Source of the DNA: Candidatus Bipolaricaulia bacterium
GTDB taxonomy: Bacteria; Bipolaricaulota; Bipolaricaulia; JBHIAT01
NCBI GenBank assembly: GCA_046758705.1
Contig: JBHIAT010000026.1
Location: forward strand, 1 to 29,221
DNA: 29,221 nucleotides
Direction: 5' to 3'
Part shown: positions 1 through 8,054 of the stretch, in pieces
Numbering within the stretch: the stretch's first letter is position 1
Layout: the number at the start of each line of letters is the position of its first letter
Position numbers and translations under genes: made by a program
Notes under the pieces: model-generated
What the model was told of the DNA's origin: nothing
Databases searched by the model: none
The model's input: the letters and a program-made list of their open reading frames with translations, nothing else

Positions 1-2
1 AC

Positions 3-113
3 ATCAGCAAGGAGCGGGTCCGTCAGATCCAAAAGGATGCGCTGGAGAAGTTGAAGCATCCGAAGATGAGAGAGCGGCTCGAGCGGTTCCGAGACCTGGT
101 CCGGATGAATTAA
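3..113 (+). CDS. C-terminal end (region 4.2) of a sigma-70 family RNA polymerase sigma factor, RpoD-like; truncated by window edge
   Basis: Frame 3 reads ISKERVRQIQKDALEKLKHPKMRERLERFRDLVRMN*, matching the RpoD region 4.2 pattern (RERIRQIEAKALRKLRHP). Not in the ORF track. Confidence 0.85.
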   Translation: MSKERVRQIQKDALEKLKHPKMRERLERFRDLVRMN

Positions 114-133
114 GAAGGAAGGAGAAATAATAG

Positions 134-1225
134 ATGGTTGAGTCAACGATGCCAAACATAGATCCCACTGGATTCGTCAACAGCAACAATCACCGCCGCC
201 GTCCCGTGACCGGGAGGCCGGTGGCCATCCGCGTCGCAGGCTTGCACAAATCTTTCGAAACCGTACAGGCGCTGGACGGTGTCGACTTGGTCGTGCATCA
301 GGGCACCGTGCTGGCCCTGCTCGGCCCCAATGGTGCGGGCAAGACCACCCTTGTACGGATCTTAACCACGCTGCTTGCTCCCGATGCGGGACAGGCACAG
401 GTCGCCGGCTACGACATCGTCCGCGACGCTGCCGCGCTGCGATCGGTCATCGGACTCACCGGGCAGTACGCTTCGGTTGACGAGAACCTCACCGGGCGGG
501 AAAATCTCGAAATGGTCGGTCGGCTATATCACCTCGGTCGAGCCGAGGCGCGCCGGCGCGCTGACGAGTTGCTGAAGTGCTTCGAGTTGACCGACGCGGC
601 CCACCGATTGGTCAAAACTTATTCGGGTGGAATGCGTCGTCGGCTTGATCTGGGCGCAAGCCTCGTCGCACGCCCCCAGGTGCTGTTCCTAGACGAGCCG
701 ACCATCGGATTAGACCCGCGCGGCCGGATCGGCCTGTGGGAAATCATCAAAGAGTTGGTCTCGGATGGAACAACTCTGCTGTTGACCACTCAGTACTTAG
801 AGGAGGCAGATCACCTTGCCGACAAGATCGCCGTGATCGACACAGGTCGTATCATCGCTCAAGGCACGGCGGATGAACTGAAATCACAGGTCGGCGGTGA
901 AGTCTTGGAGTTGCATGTATCCGACCAGACTATGATTGAGACTGCTGTCGACCGCATTACCACACTCGGCGTCGCTGTGTCTCAAATCGATTCCGAATCC
1001 GGCCAAATCACCATTCCGGTGACAGATGGGACATCGGTGTTGACCGAGGTGATGCGTCGCTTCGACGCTGCCGGAATCACCCTTTCCGATCTGGCCCTGC
1101 GCCGTCCGACACTCGACGACGTCTTCCTTACACTGACCGGACATACGACTGAGACTCTCCCAGAAGAACCATATACAGTTGCCGACCGTAGGCGTGGCCG
1201 GCGCAACCGAGGAGGTGCACTATGA
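134..1225 (+). CDS. ABC exporter ATP-binding protein, DrrA family
   Basis: Walker A GPNGAGKTT, signature YSGGMRRRL, Walker B LFLDEPT, TTQYLEEAD H-loop variant, C-terminal PTLDDVFL. Confidence 0.93.
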   Translation: MVESTMPNIDPTGFVNSNNHRRRPVTGRPVAIRVAGLHKSFETVQALDGVDLVVHQGTVLALLGPNGAGKTTLVRILTTLLAPDAGQAQVAGYDIVRDAAALRSVIGLTGQYASVDENLTGRENLEMVGRLYHLGRAEARRRADELLKCFELTDAAHRLVKTYSGGMRRRLDLGASLVARPQVLFLDEPTIGLDPRGRIGLWEIIKELVSDGTTLLLTTQYLEEADHLADKIAVIDTGRIIAQGTADELKSQVGGEVLELHVSDQTMIETAVDRITTLGVAVSQIDSESGQITIPVTDGTSVLTEVMRRFDAAGITLSDLALRRPTLDDVFLTLTGHTTETLPEEPYTVADRRRGRRNRGGAL

Positions 1226-2019
1226 CCACGACGACCAAGCCTGCTTCTGTCGGACAAACCCTGATCTGGACGATCTCCGATGCACTTGTTATGACGAAAC
1301 GAAACCTGATGTACTATGTCCGACTGCCTCAACTGTTAGTGTTTTCCACCATCCAGCCGGTTATGTTCGTGTTGTTGTTCAACTACGTCTTCGGCGGCGC
1401 CATCAACCTGCCTGGCATAGACTATATCAATTACCTGTTAGCCGGTATCTTCGTACAAGCCGTCGTGTTCGGGTCGACCCAGACCGGCGTCGGTCTGGCC
1501 GATGACCTTTCTAAAGGCATGGTCGACCGGTTCCGTTCCCTGCCGATGGCCCGCTCTGCCGTTCTGGCCGGGCGCACCCTGGCCGACACCGTGCGCAACA
1601 CCTTCGTCGTGCTGCTCATGACCGGAGTCGGCAGTCTCATCGGCTTCCGGTTTCAAGCCGGCTTTCTCGACGCCATCGCTGCGCTTATCCTGGTTGTGCT
1701 GTTCGGACTGGCGTTCTCGTGGATCTCAGCGACCATTGGGCTTTCGGTCAAAAACGTGGAGACGGCTCAAGTGGCCGGGTTCATCTGGGTGTTCCCACTC
1801 GTTTTCGCCAGCTCTGTGTTCGTCCCAGTCGACACCATGCCCACGGCACTACAGGCGTTCGCCAAGGTCAACCCGATCACCGTGACCGTCGACACGGTGC
1901 GCGCGTTCGCCCTGGGTTGGCCGGTCGATGCGTCGCTGTGGAAATCCCTGGCCTGGATCGCTGGAATCCTGGCGGTGTTCGTCCCACTAGCGGTTAGCCG
2001 CTACCGGAGAATTGTATGA
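1222..2019 (+). CDS. ABC-2 type permease, DrrB family
   Basis: About 6 hydrophobic segments, GMVDRFRSLPMAR and VNPIT motifs; ATGA overlap with the ATPase gene. Confidence 0.92.
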   Translation: MTTTTKPASVGQTLIWTISDALVMTKRNLMYYVRLPQLLVFSTIQPVMFVLLFNYVFGGAINLPGIDYINYLLAGIFVQAVVFGSTQTGVGLADDLSKGMVDRFRSLPMARSAVLAGRTLADTVRNTFVVLLMTGVGSLIGFRFQAGFLDAIAALILVVLFGLAFSWISATIGLSVKNVETAQVAGFIWVFPLVFASSVFVPVDTMPTALQAFAKVNPITVTVDTVRAFALGWPVDASLWKSLAWIAGILAVFVPLAVSRYRRIV

Positions 2020-2056
2020 TGCAAAGCAAATTGGTTCCACCTACGAGATAAACATC

Positions 2057-2164
2057 ATAGGATACCGCGCCGATTCGTGCGAAAATATATGATTTGAGTT
2101 CCAGCCCCCGGCTGATGGCCTCTTGAGATCAGTGAACCAGCTTTGGATTGATCACGTACTCCCC
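2057..2164 (+). repeat. Left 108-bp inverted repeat
   Basis: Reverse complement of 4778-4885 with 3 mismatches. Confidence 0.97.
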
Positions 2165-2311
2165 CTCCCGCGCCTGCCAGTAGATGATACAGGCAAGGAT
2201 GAGGATCAAACAGCTGGCCGTGTTCATCTGTTGTTGGAAGTCCCGGGCGGTGACCCGACCGCGCTTACCGTAAAACACATCCCGGGCCAGCTTATGGAGC
2301 TGTTCCCCTTT
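2129..2311 (-). pseudogene. Tn3-family transposase C-terminal fragment with internal deletion
   Basis: Reads KGEQLHKLARDVFYGKRGRVTARDFQQQMNTASCLILILACIIYWQARE-GEYVINPKLVH*, resembling the TnpA C-terminus (KGE..N/H.LAR.VF...G......QQ...AS.L......I..W). Confidence 0.85.
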
Positions 2312-2437
2312 AATACTAATTCGGATTTTTGATGTCTTTATGATATAGTTGGTCCACTTGAGACATTACTGCCATCAGGCCGAAGTCTTTCGTGTACATT
2401 TTCACACAAATCGACTCGGCATCCTCAATCGGGCAAC

Positions 2438-2671
2438 TTAGCGTCGCCTAAGAGCCTGACATATCTCCCGTAAACCATGGCTCATTCCCATCACACCCCA
2501 GACGAAAAGCACATAGCCCAAGAGCTTCCATAGAAATTGATTAGATCTGAGTAGCAGGAACCCCAGCCCCAGGAAAAAGATAGAAACAATGATCGTGACA
2601 ACACCCCTCACCAAGGTCTGCCGGGATTCTGGAGTAGAATGATCGAACTTTCTGGAAGGCTTTCTTTTCAT
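2438..2671 (-). CDS. Small hypothetical membrane protein with 2 TM helices
   Basis: 77 aa with two hydrophobic stretches and basic termini; co-oriented directly after arsC. Confidence 0.6.
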   Translation of the reverse strand: MKRKPSRKFDHSTPESRQTLVRGVVTIIVSIFFLGLGFLLLRSNQFLWKLLGYVLFVWGVMGMSHGLREICQALRRR

Positions 2672-2701
2672 GAGCTTATAGCCAGCCTCATGTGAAAGTT
2701 T

Positions 2702-3133
2702 TCAGTAGCGTGCTTCTCTCTCCTTTGTAACCTCCTCAATCAGTTTCTTCACGCGCTGCTCAATCTCATCGCGGATACGGCGGTAGGTCTCCAGTGGTTT
2801 CCCTTTTGGATCCTCAATTCCCCAGTCCCGAGCTCGGCCGGTGAAATCTGCTGGGCAGACATCCTCGACCGCACAGCCCATAGTGATGACGTAATCGAAC
2901 TTTTCGATCTCCTCGGGGGTAATGGCTTTGGGGTGTTGCCCCGAGATTTCGATTCCCCGCTCCCTCATTACCTCAATCGCCCGCTCATCTACGTACTCGG
3001 CAGGCCTGGTCCCGCCGCTGGCAATGTTGAGCCTATCTCCCACGTAATGCCGGGCGAACCCTTCGGCCATCTGGCTGCGACAGGCGTTCTCTACGCAGAC
3101 AAAGATCATGCTGCTCTCGCTATTTACTTTCAT
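2702..3133 (-). CDS. arsC: Arsenate reductase, LMW-PTP/thioredoxin-type fold
   Basis: P-loop CVENACRSQMAEG, resolving Cys pair MGCAVEDVCP, WGIEDP; adjacent to arsR and acr3. Confidence 0.9.
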   Translation of the reverse strand: MKVNSESSMIFVCVENACRSQMAEGFARHYVGDRLNIASGGTRPAEYVDERAIEVMRERGIEISGQHPKAITPEEIEKFDYVITMGCAVEDVCPADFTGRARDWGIEDPKGKPLETYRRIRDEIEQRVKKLIEEVTKEREARY

Positions 3134-3488
3134 AGCCGATCACACAGACTCCTTCCATCCGAAGCGCCATCCGGTCTCTGAGGCGCTTTAGGTCTTCTTT
3201 AGAGCCCTCAATGTCCAACCGATCGCTTATGAGAGAGAATACCCCCTCTATCAGCGGCGAGGCATTCTGTACAGGGGAATAGTAGACCCACGTCCCGGAT
3301 CGCTTCCCCTCAAGCAATCCAGCCCGCTTCAGGATATTGAGATGTCGTGAGGCAAGATACTGTGGAAGGTCGAGGGCATCGACCAGCTCACACACACAGA
3401 CGCTCTCCTCAACCGTTAAAAGCAACTTGAGGATTCGCAAGCGCGTCTCATCGGCTAAGGCCTTAAAGATCTCGATAACCTCGATCAT
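3120..3488 (-). CDS. arsR: ArsR/SmtB family repressor
   Basis: [18 protein letters not shown] As(III)-binding box, [19 protein letters not shown] wing. Confidence 0.92.
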   Translation of the reverse strand: MIEVIEIFKALADETRLRILKLLLTVEESVCVCELVDALDLPQYLASRHLNILKRAGLLEGKRSGTWVYYSPVQNASPLIEGVFSLISDRLDIEGSKEDLKRLRDRMALRMEGVCVIGYESK

Positions 3489-4564
3489 AGTTGTTTCCTC
3501 CCCTCATCCCAGTAATTTTCTGACCATTGTAGTTCCTGGCGGAAATACTTGCGTTGGAAAAAGAGCGCCACTTTGACCAAGCTGATCAACACCGGCACCT
3601 CCACCAGAGGTCCGATGACAGCGGCAAAGGCTTGGCCAGAGCCGATGCCGAATACCGCTACGGCCACAGCAATAGCCAACTCAAAATTATTGCTGGCCGC
3701 CGTGAAAGCGATGGCCGTTGTCTTAGAGTAATCAGCTCCAATTTTCTTACCCATATAGAACGAAACCAGAAACATGAGCACGAAGTAGATAAGGAGTGGA
3801 ATCGCAATTCGCACCACATCAACAGGCAGCTCAACGATGATCTCACCCTTGAGGGAGAACATCACCACAATGGTGAAAAGCAGCGCGACAAGCGTAATAG
3901 GGCTGATCTTGGGGATAAATTTCTGCTCGTACCAATCACGCCCCCGGGTTCTCAAGAGTGCAAAGCGCGTGATCATGCCCCCGAAAAAGGGGATGCCCAG
4001 GTAAATAAACACGCTCTCGGCGATCTGGCTCATGGTGACATTGACCGCTGAACCTTCCAGCCCGAACCATCCGGGCAATACGGTGACGAAGATGTAGGCA
4101 TAAATCGAATAGAAGATGATTTGGAAGATCGAGTTGAAGGCCACAAGCCCGGCAGCGTACTCCGTATCTCCCTTGGCCAACTCATTCCAGACAATGACCA
4201 TGGCGATACAGCGGGCCAGCCCGATCAGAATCAATCCCACCATGTAATCGGGATAGCCTCGCAAGAAAATAATCGCTAAGAAGAACATGAACACCGGTCC
4301 AATCAACCAGTTTTGCACCAGAGACAACCCCAACACCCGCCAGTTACGAAATACGTGGCCGAGTTCCTCATACCTCACCTTGGCCAGCGGCGGATACATC
4401 ATGAGAATGAGCCCTATAGCAATGGGAATGGAGGTGGTTCCCACCTGAAAGAACGTGATAAAGTCAATCACCGAGGAGACAAAATAGCCCAGACCCACTC
4501 CGAAGCCCATGGCCAAGAATATCCAGAGCGTAAGGAAACGATCTAATATGGATAGTCGGGGCAT
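3485..4564 (-). CDS. acr3: ACR3 family arsenite efflux transporter
   Basis: [54 protein letters not shown]. Start placed at ATG 4564 after AAGGAG. Confidence 0.95.
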   Translation of the reverse strand: MPRLSILDRFLTLWIFLAMGFGVGLGYFVSSVIDFITFFQVGTTSIPIAIGLILMMYPPLAKVRYEELGHVFRNWRVLGLSLVQNWLIGPVFMFFLAIIFLRGYPDYMVGLILIGLARCIAMVIVWNELAKGDTEYAAGLVAFNSIFQIIFYSIYAYIFVTVLPGWFGLEGSAVNVTMSQIAESVFIYLGIPFFGGMITRFALLRTRGRDWYEQKFIPKISPITLVALLFTIVVMFSLKGEIIVELPVDVVRIAIPLLIYFVLMFLVSFYMGKKIGADYSKTTAIAFTAASNNFELAIAVAVAVFGIGSGQAFAAVIGPLVEVPVLISLVKVALFFQRKYFRQELQWSENYWDEGRKQL

Positions 4565-4665
4565 TGATGTTAACTCCTTTGACGGCAAAAGTTGATCGAC
4601 AATTCTAGATCTCAGTTAAGACGATAGAAGCCTCGACAATCTCGAGCACAACTTCTATATGTTTG

Positions 4666-4711
4666 TATGCGATTACTAGCATATTCTAGAGAGGGTCTAA
4701 CATTCTGTCAA
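4666..4711 (-). promoter_or_regulatory. Sigma-70 promoter of the ars operon with candidate ArsR operator
   Basis: TTGACA (4711-4706), 17 bp, TAGAAT (4688-4683); palindrome TATGC-N8-GCATA at 4666-4683 covers the expected start site. Confidence 0.75.
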
Positions 4712-4741
4712 GGGAGAAGTCTGGCACGGGGGTGTAAGCCT

Positions 4742-4813
4742 ATTAGCCCGATCGGTTGGGACAACGTCCTGCTCTATGGGGAGTATGTGATCAATCCAAA
4801 GCTGGTTCACTGA
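4742..4813 (+). pseudogene. Tn3-family transposase extreme C-terminal fragment
   Basis: Reads ISPIGWDNVLLYGEYVINPKLVH* (compare the Tn3-family HLSPLGWEHINLTGDY motif) and runs into the right inverted repeat. Confidence 0.85.
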
Positions 4814-4885
4814 TCTCAAGAGGCCATCAGCCGGGGACTGGAACCCAAATCATATATTTTCGCACGAATCGGCGCGGTATCCTAT
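4778..4885 (-). repeat. Right 108-bp inverted repeat
   Basis: Reverse complement of 2057-2164 with 3 mismatches. Confidence 0.97.
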
Positions 4886-4941
4886 CATCCGCGACGGACG
4901 GTCATTAGAACTGCAGGTGGAGCCACAAGAGCCTCCGTAAA

Positions 4942-5469
4942 CTACAATTTTCGCTTCTTCACTCTGACCAAGAAGCCGTGGAGGTGGTCCTCTGTCTGCT
5001 CTTCCTGTCCTTCCCCTTTGCCTTCCTGCCCCAATCTCTCAGCCGGTTCCCTCGGTTCACTCCATAGCAAAGCGACCCTCCACCCTTCAGTCTGAAGCGC
5101 CTCCTGAAGATCCCCCAAGCTCGCTCCCCGTAGCTCCTTGTATTCCCAATGAAGGTTCTTGGAGTTCTCTTTCACCCAAGCAATAAGACCCTCCAAAGTC
5201 CCTCCCTGTAGCTCCTCCTCTAAGGTCTCCTTCATCTGGCTGGCGACATCCTTCAACGTCCCTTCCCGTACCTCCTCCTTCAGTGTCTCCTTCACCTGAT
5301 CCATGACATCGGCGATATCCTTTAAGCTCTCCTTTATCTGATCCACCACATCCTTCCAGATCCCTTCTTCTTGCAGCCCTTGCTTCAAGTCTTCCCTCAC
5401 CTGGGCCACAATATCCTTCCAGAACCCTGCCTGTGACTTCTTGTTTTTCTCCTGTTCCTCTTCCCCCAT
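4942..5469 (-). CDS. Hypothetical acidic helical protein with ~20-aa internal repeats
   Basis: AGGAGG SD; repeats WKDIVAQVREDLKQGLQEEG / WKDVVDQIKESLK / LKDVASQMKETLEEELQGG. Confidence 0.75.
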   Translation of the reverse strand: MGEEEQEKNKKSQAGFWKDIVAQVREDLKQGLQEEGIWKDVVDQIKESLKDIADVMDQVKETLKEEVREGTLKDVASQMKETLEEELQGGTLEGLIAWVKENSKNLHWEYKELRGASLGDLQEALQTEGWRVALLWSEPREPAERLGQEGKGEGQEEQTEDHLHGFLVRVKKRKL

Positions 5470-5480
5470 AGTTAACCTCC

Positions 5481-6218
5481 TTACTCTTCGACCTCCCCCA
5501 CCTTCGCCCGGTTTCGGACGGTCGCTGCGGTGTCGACCTTCAGCGATTCGCTGTACTCCACCGTCTCTATCTCACAGCCCTCGCCGACCGTCACCCGATT
5601 TCCTCGGACGATCTGTGCACGGGTCGCCTCCAGGTGGATCTCATCCCCTTCGATTGATTCGACCTTTAGACGGCCTGATCCCCGCCCCCAGGGGAACAGG
5701 GAACCGAAAGCGCCTCTTCGCACCGTGATTTTGGAACCTCCGATCTCCCGGACGCTGGAATGGCCTCCGAGATCGATCTCGATCCGGTCGGCGTTAAGCA
5801 ACCCGGCGATGCGGAACGCGCCCTTGGCCTGGAACTGGTCGGCCTCTACATCGCCGCCGACGTTAAACGAGCCAGCGATGTGAATCTGTTCGCCTTTGAG
5901 GTCACGTCCGATCTTCTGAGACCCGCTGCTTTTGAACTGATTGGCCCGGACCTTCCCCTCTACATGCCCGGCGCCAGCCATCTTGAAACTCTGGGCTTCC
6001 ACATCACCGGACACCCGACAGGATCCCGATGTTCGCAACTCCTTCGCTTTAACACTACCCTCGATCTTGCCTGCACCGGAAACAATGACCGTATCAGCCT
6101 CCAGATCGCCCTCCACCCGGCCGGCCCCGGCGATCTTCACCTGTTCATAAACCCCGCCGGTTAACTTGCCCGCACCAGAGATAGTCGCGCTCCCTTTTCG
6201 TTGGCGCTCCTCGTTCAT
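5481..6218 (-). CDS. Polymer-forming cytoskeletal (bactofilin-like, YhbE/YhbF-type) beta-helix protein
   Basis: Repeated I/V-x-G-A/S-G-x-I/V-x-G-x-V/L-x-A units. Start moved to MNEERQ (ATG 6218, SD GGAGGA). Lies downstream of a YhbD-like gene as in Bacillus yhbDEF. Confidence 0.82.
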   Translation of the reverse strand: MNEERQRKGSATISGAGKLTGGVYEQVKIAGAGRVEGDLEADTVIVSGAGKIEGSVKAKELRTSGSCRVSGDVEAQSFKMAGAGHVEGKVRANQFKSSGSQKIGRDLKGEQIHIAGSFNVGGDVEADQFQAKGAFRIAGLLNADRIEIDLGGHSSVREIGGSKITVRRGAFGSLFPWGRGSGRLKVESIEGDEIHLEATRAQIVRGNRVTVGEGCEIETVEYSESLKVDTAATVRNRAKVGEVEE

Positions 6219-6234
6219 CGTCCTCCCCCTTCGG

Positions 6235-6882
6235 TTAGAATTTCTCCTGCAATTTGACCTTGATCTCTTCAAGCGGGCGGTTGAGGTTCACGATCGCAAC
6301 GACCTCCGTGTCAGGGTCGAAGAGACAGGTCGACGAGTACAGTACCGAAAAACTCACCCCGAATCGGCTTGCCACCGCCAGAAACCGATCTTGACCCGCA
6401 TCACCGAACTCGTCAAAACCCTCGATCAGTGTGCGAGTGGCCAGTTCGATCTGATCCCGGGAGAGTTTTCCAACATGAATAAGTTGCTCAACAACTGTGA
6501 GGTAAAGGATTTCGTCGAATCGGTAGACCCCCTCCTGGGACCGTACCGACTCATAGAGATCCCGGACCGCTTCAGAGATCCAGTCCATCATTGCAACTTC
6601 CGAGGCGGTGTAACTCTTGCGAGCCAAGTCCGGCGAGAGCATCTCGGCAATCTCATCGAGAGAGTAATCATCTTTGAGGGACTTGATCCGCTCGATGCGC
6701 TCCAGGATCTTCTCCCGTGGCAGAAACGTCTCCTGGCCGGTGTACGTAGATCGTCGTTCAAACCACACTTCGGGGATCAGGCCCTTGCGTTTCCAGCGGT
6801 AGAACTGACCGTAGGAGATCTTAGTCTGCTCCAGCACGTCTTTTTTGGAGATCGTCTCTTGTTCATCCATCGGGGCGATCAC
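6235..6882 (-). CDS. YhbD/DUF4004 family protein, putative MerR-like DNA-binding
   Basis: ISKKDVLEQTKISYGQFYRWKRKGLIPEVWF.RRSTYTGQETFLPREKILERIERI...KDDYSLDEIAEMLSP. Alternative start ATG 6870. Confidence 0.85.
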   Translation of the reverse strand: MIAPMDEQETISKKDVLEQTKISYGQFYRWKRKGLIPEVWFERRSTYTGQETFLPREKILERIERIKSLKDDYSLDEIAEMLSPDLARKSYTASEVAMMDWISEAVRDLYESVRSQEGVYRFDEILYLTVVEQLIHVGKLSRDQIELATRTLIEGFDEFGDAGQDRFLAVASRFGVSFSVLYSSTCLFDPDTEVVAIVNLNRPLEEIKVKLQEKF

Positions 6883-6888
6883 CCGCCT

Positions 6889-6917
6889 ATTTTAACATAA
6901 TAATGTTACATAATCAA
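6889..6917 (-). promoter_or_regulatory. Promoter P2 upstream of the DUF4004 gene, with palindrome in the spacer
   Basis: TTGATT-17-TAAAAT with TGn extension; TAACATAATAATGTTA at 6893-6908. Confidence 0.7.
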
Positions 6918-7105
6918 CGGGCGAAAATTTTTTTCGCCACTATGAACCCTCTCATCGGATTGAAGACTCTTCCAGTTATGCGCCGAGACCAACGCATGTG
7001 ATCCGGTGTCTCAACTACTGTCCTATGCGCCTCCGCCTCGCGGAGCAGTTGCTTGCATCTCTCCTTCCCCAACCGTCCTATCAACTCCGGGTGAAGCTGG
7101 TGCAT
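6914..7105 (-). CDS. Small hypothetical protein (63 aa)
   Basis: Strong SD (GGGAGGT) before ATG; directly downstream of a consensus promoter. Confidence 0.6.
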   Translation of the reverse strand: MHQLHPELIGRLGKERCKQLLREAEAHRTVVETPDHMRWSRRITGRVFNPMRGFIVAKKIFAR

Positions 7106-7139
7106 GGTTCGACCTCCCTGTTCGATCTGGATTGATCTT

Positions 7140-7168
7140 ATTATAACATAACACTGTTACTTTGTCAA
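7140..7168 (-). promoter_or_regulatory. Promoter P1, perfect sigma-70 consensus with palindrome in the spacer
   Basis: TTGACA (7168-7163), 17 bp, TATAAT (7145-7140) preceded by TGT; TAACATAACACTGTTA at 7144-7159. Confidence 0.85.
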
Positions 7169-7365
7169 GGGGTAAAGGGTCAAAGTCATTAGAATACTGT
7201 AGAGAACCGGGATTCGGTGCGAATCGCACCGGGCGCATTGACGCCGTTTGACAGATAGGGCACGAACTATATACAGTTCTCCCAGTACAGTCGGGGGGCC
7301 ACCGCTGTAGCTGGTCGTGGGAGTCAGCCAGTGGGCTGATCGGGAAGGAGAAGGAGAGGTCAACA

Positions 7366-7836
7366 ATGCACATCGCTTTGGGTACAGACCACGCAGGGTT
7401 CGAACTCAAGGAGAAGATTCGGGAGCGCCTGCCTGAGGCGGGTCATGAGGTACAGGATCTGGGGGCTTACACGTTAGAGCCTGGGGACGACTATCCTGAT
7501 TATGCTGCAGCAGTGGCCGAGGCCGTTCGAGCAGGGGAAGTGGACAGAGGGATTGTGGTCTGCGGCAGTGGTGTAGGAGCCTGCGTCGCGGCCAACAAGG
7601 TGCCGGGGATCCGAGCGGCGCTTTGCTCAGACACGTTCACTGCCCGACAAAGTGTCGAGGACGACGACGTCAACGTCCTGTGTCTGGGTGCGCGAGCTGT
7701 GGGACCGGAGCTGGCGTTTGAGATCACCTGGGTGTGGTTGGAGGCTCGTTTCTCAGGAGCCGAGCGCCATCGGCGTCGGTTGGGAAAGGTAGCTGCTCTC
7801 GAACGGCGCTACACATCGGGGAAGAAAACTGCATAG
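7366..7836 (+). CDS. rpiB: Ribose-5-phosphate isomerase B
   Basis: GTDHAGFELK, DDYPDYA, CGSGVG, ANKVPGIRAA, NVLCLGAR, ERHRRR. Confidence 0.95.
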   Translation: MHIALGTDHAGFELKEKIRERLPEAGHEVQDLGAYTLEPGDDYPDYAAAVAEAVRAGEVDRGIVVCGSGVGACVAANKVPGIRAALCSDTFTARQSVEDDDVNVLCLGARAVGPELAFEITWVWLEARFSGAERHRRRLGKVAALERRYTSGKKTA

Positions 7837-7853
7837 ACATGGAGGGAACCGGG

Positions 7854-7937
7854 TGCCGGAGGTGGGAGTCGAACCCACACGGGCATAAGCCCACGGCGCC
7901 CTGAACGCCGCGCGTCTTCCGTTTCCGCCACTCCGGC
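7854..7937 (-). tRNA. tRNA-Leu(CAG)
   Basis: GCCGGAG/CTCCGGC acceptor stem, discriminator A, anticodon arm CGGCG-TTCAGGG-CGCCG, long variable arm, T arm GTGGGTTCGACTCCCAC. 3' end reads ACCC, so CCA is not fully encoded. Confidence 0.97.
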
Positions 7938-7957
7938 GAATCGATGTTTGTCGTGGT

Positions 7958-7987
7958 ATTTTATCTATCATCAACTCGATTTGTCAA
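7958..7987 (-). promoter_or_regulatory. tRNA-Leu promoter
   Basis: TTGACA-18-TAAAAT on the minus strand about 20 nt upstream of the tRNA. Confidence 0.75.
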
Positions 7988-8013
7988 GGAATCAGAGGCT
8001 GGCTCCTGTCCTC

Positions 8014-8054
8014 AAAAAGAAGAGTCGTCCAGTCGGGGACGAACTGGACGACTC
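8014..8054 (-). terminator. Intrinsic terminator
   Basis: Perfect 12-bp stem GAGTCGTCCAGT/ACTGGACGACTC (8022-8033/8043-8054) followed on the minus strand by TTCTTTTT. Confidence 0.85.

Larger units (their letters stand above)
2059..4883. mobile_element. Non-autonomous Tn3-family-derived cassette carrying arsenic resistance genes
   Basis: Long inverted repeats at both ends, ATCAT duplicated at 2054-2058 and 4884-4888, Tn3 transposase C-terminal remnants at both ends, no intact transposase or resolvase. Confidence 0.85.

Noticed and set aside
134-2019. DrrAB as evidence of an antibiotic biosynthetic cluster
   Set aside because: No biosynthetic genes nearby; the family is widespread and the substrate cannot be inferred.
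2123-2332. 69-aa plus-strand ORF
   Set aside because: It is the antisense shadow of the minus-strand transposase remnant.
6166-6900. 244-aa plus-strand ORF
   Set aside because: It is antisense to the DUF4004 gene, which has a promoter and family motifs.
7854-7900. tRNA-Leu as the att site of an integrated element
   Set aside because: No integrase and no duplicated tRNA 3' end seen in the window.
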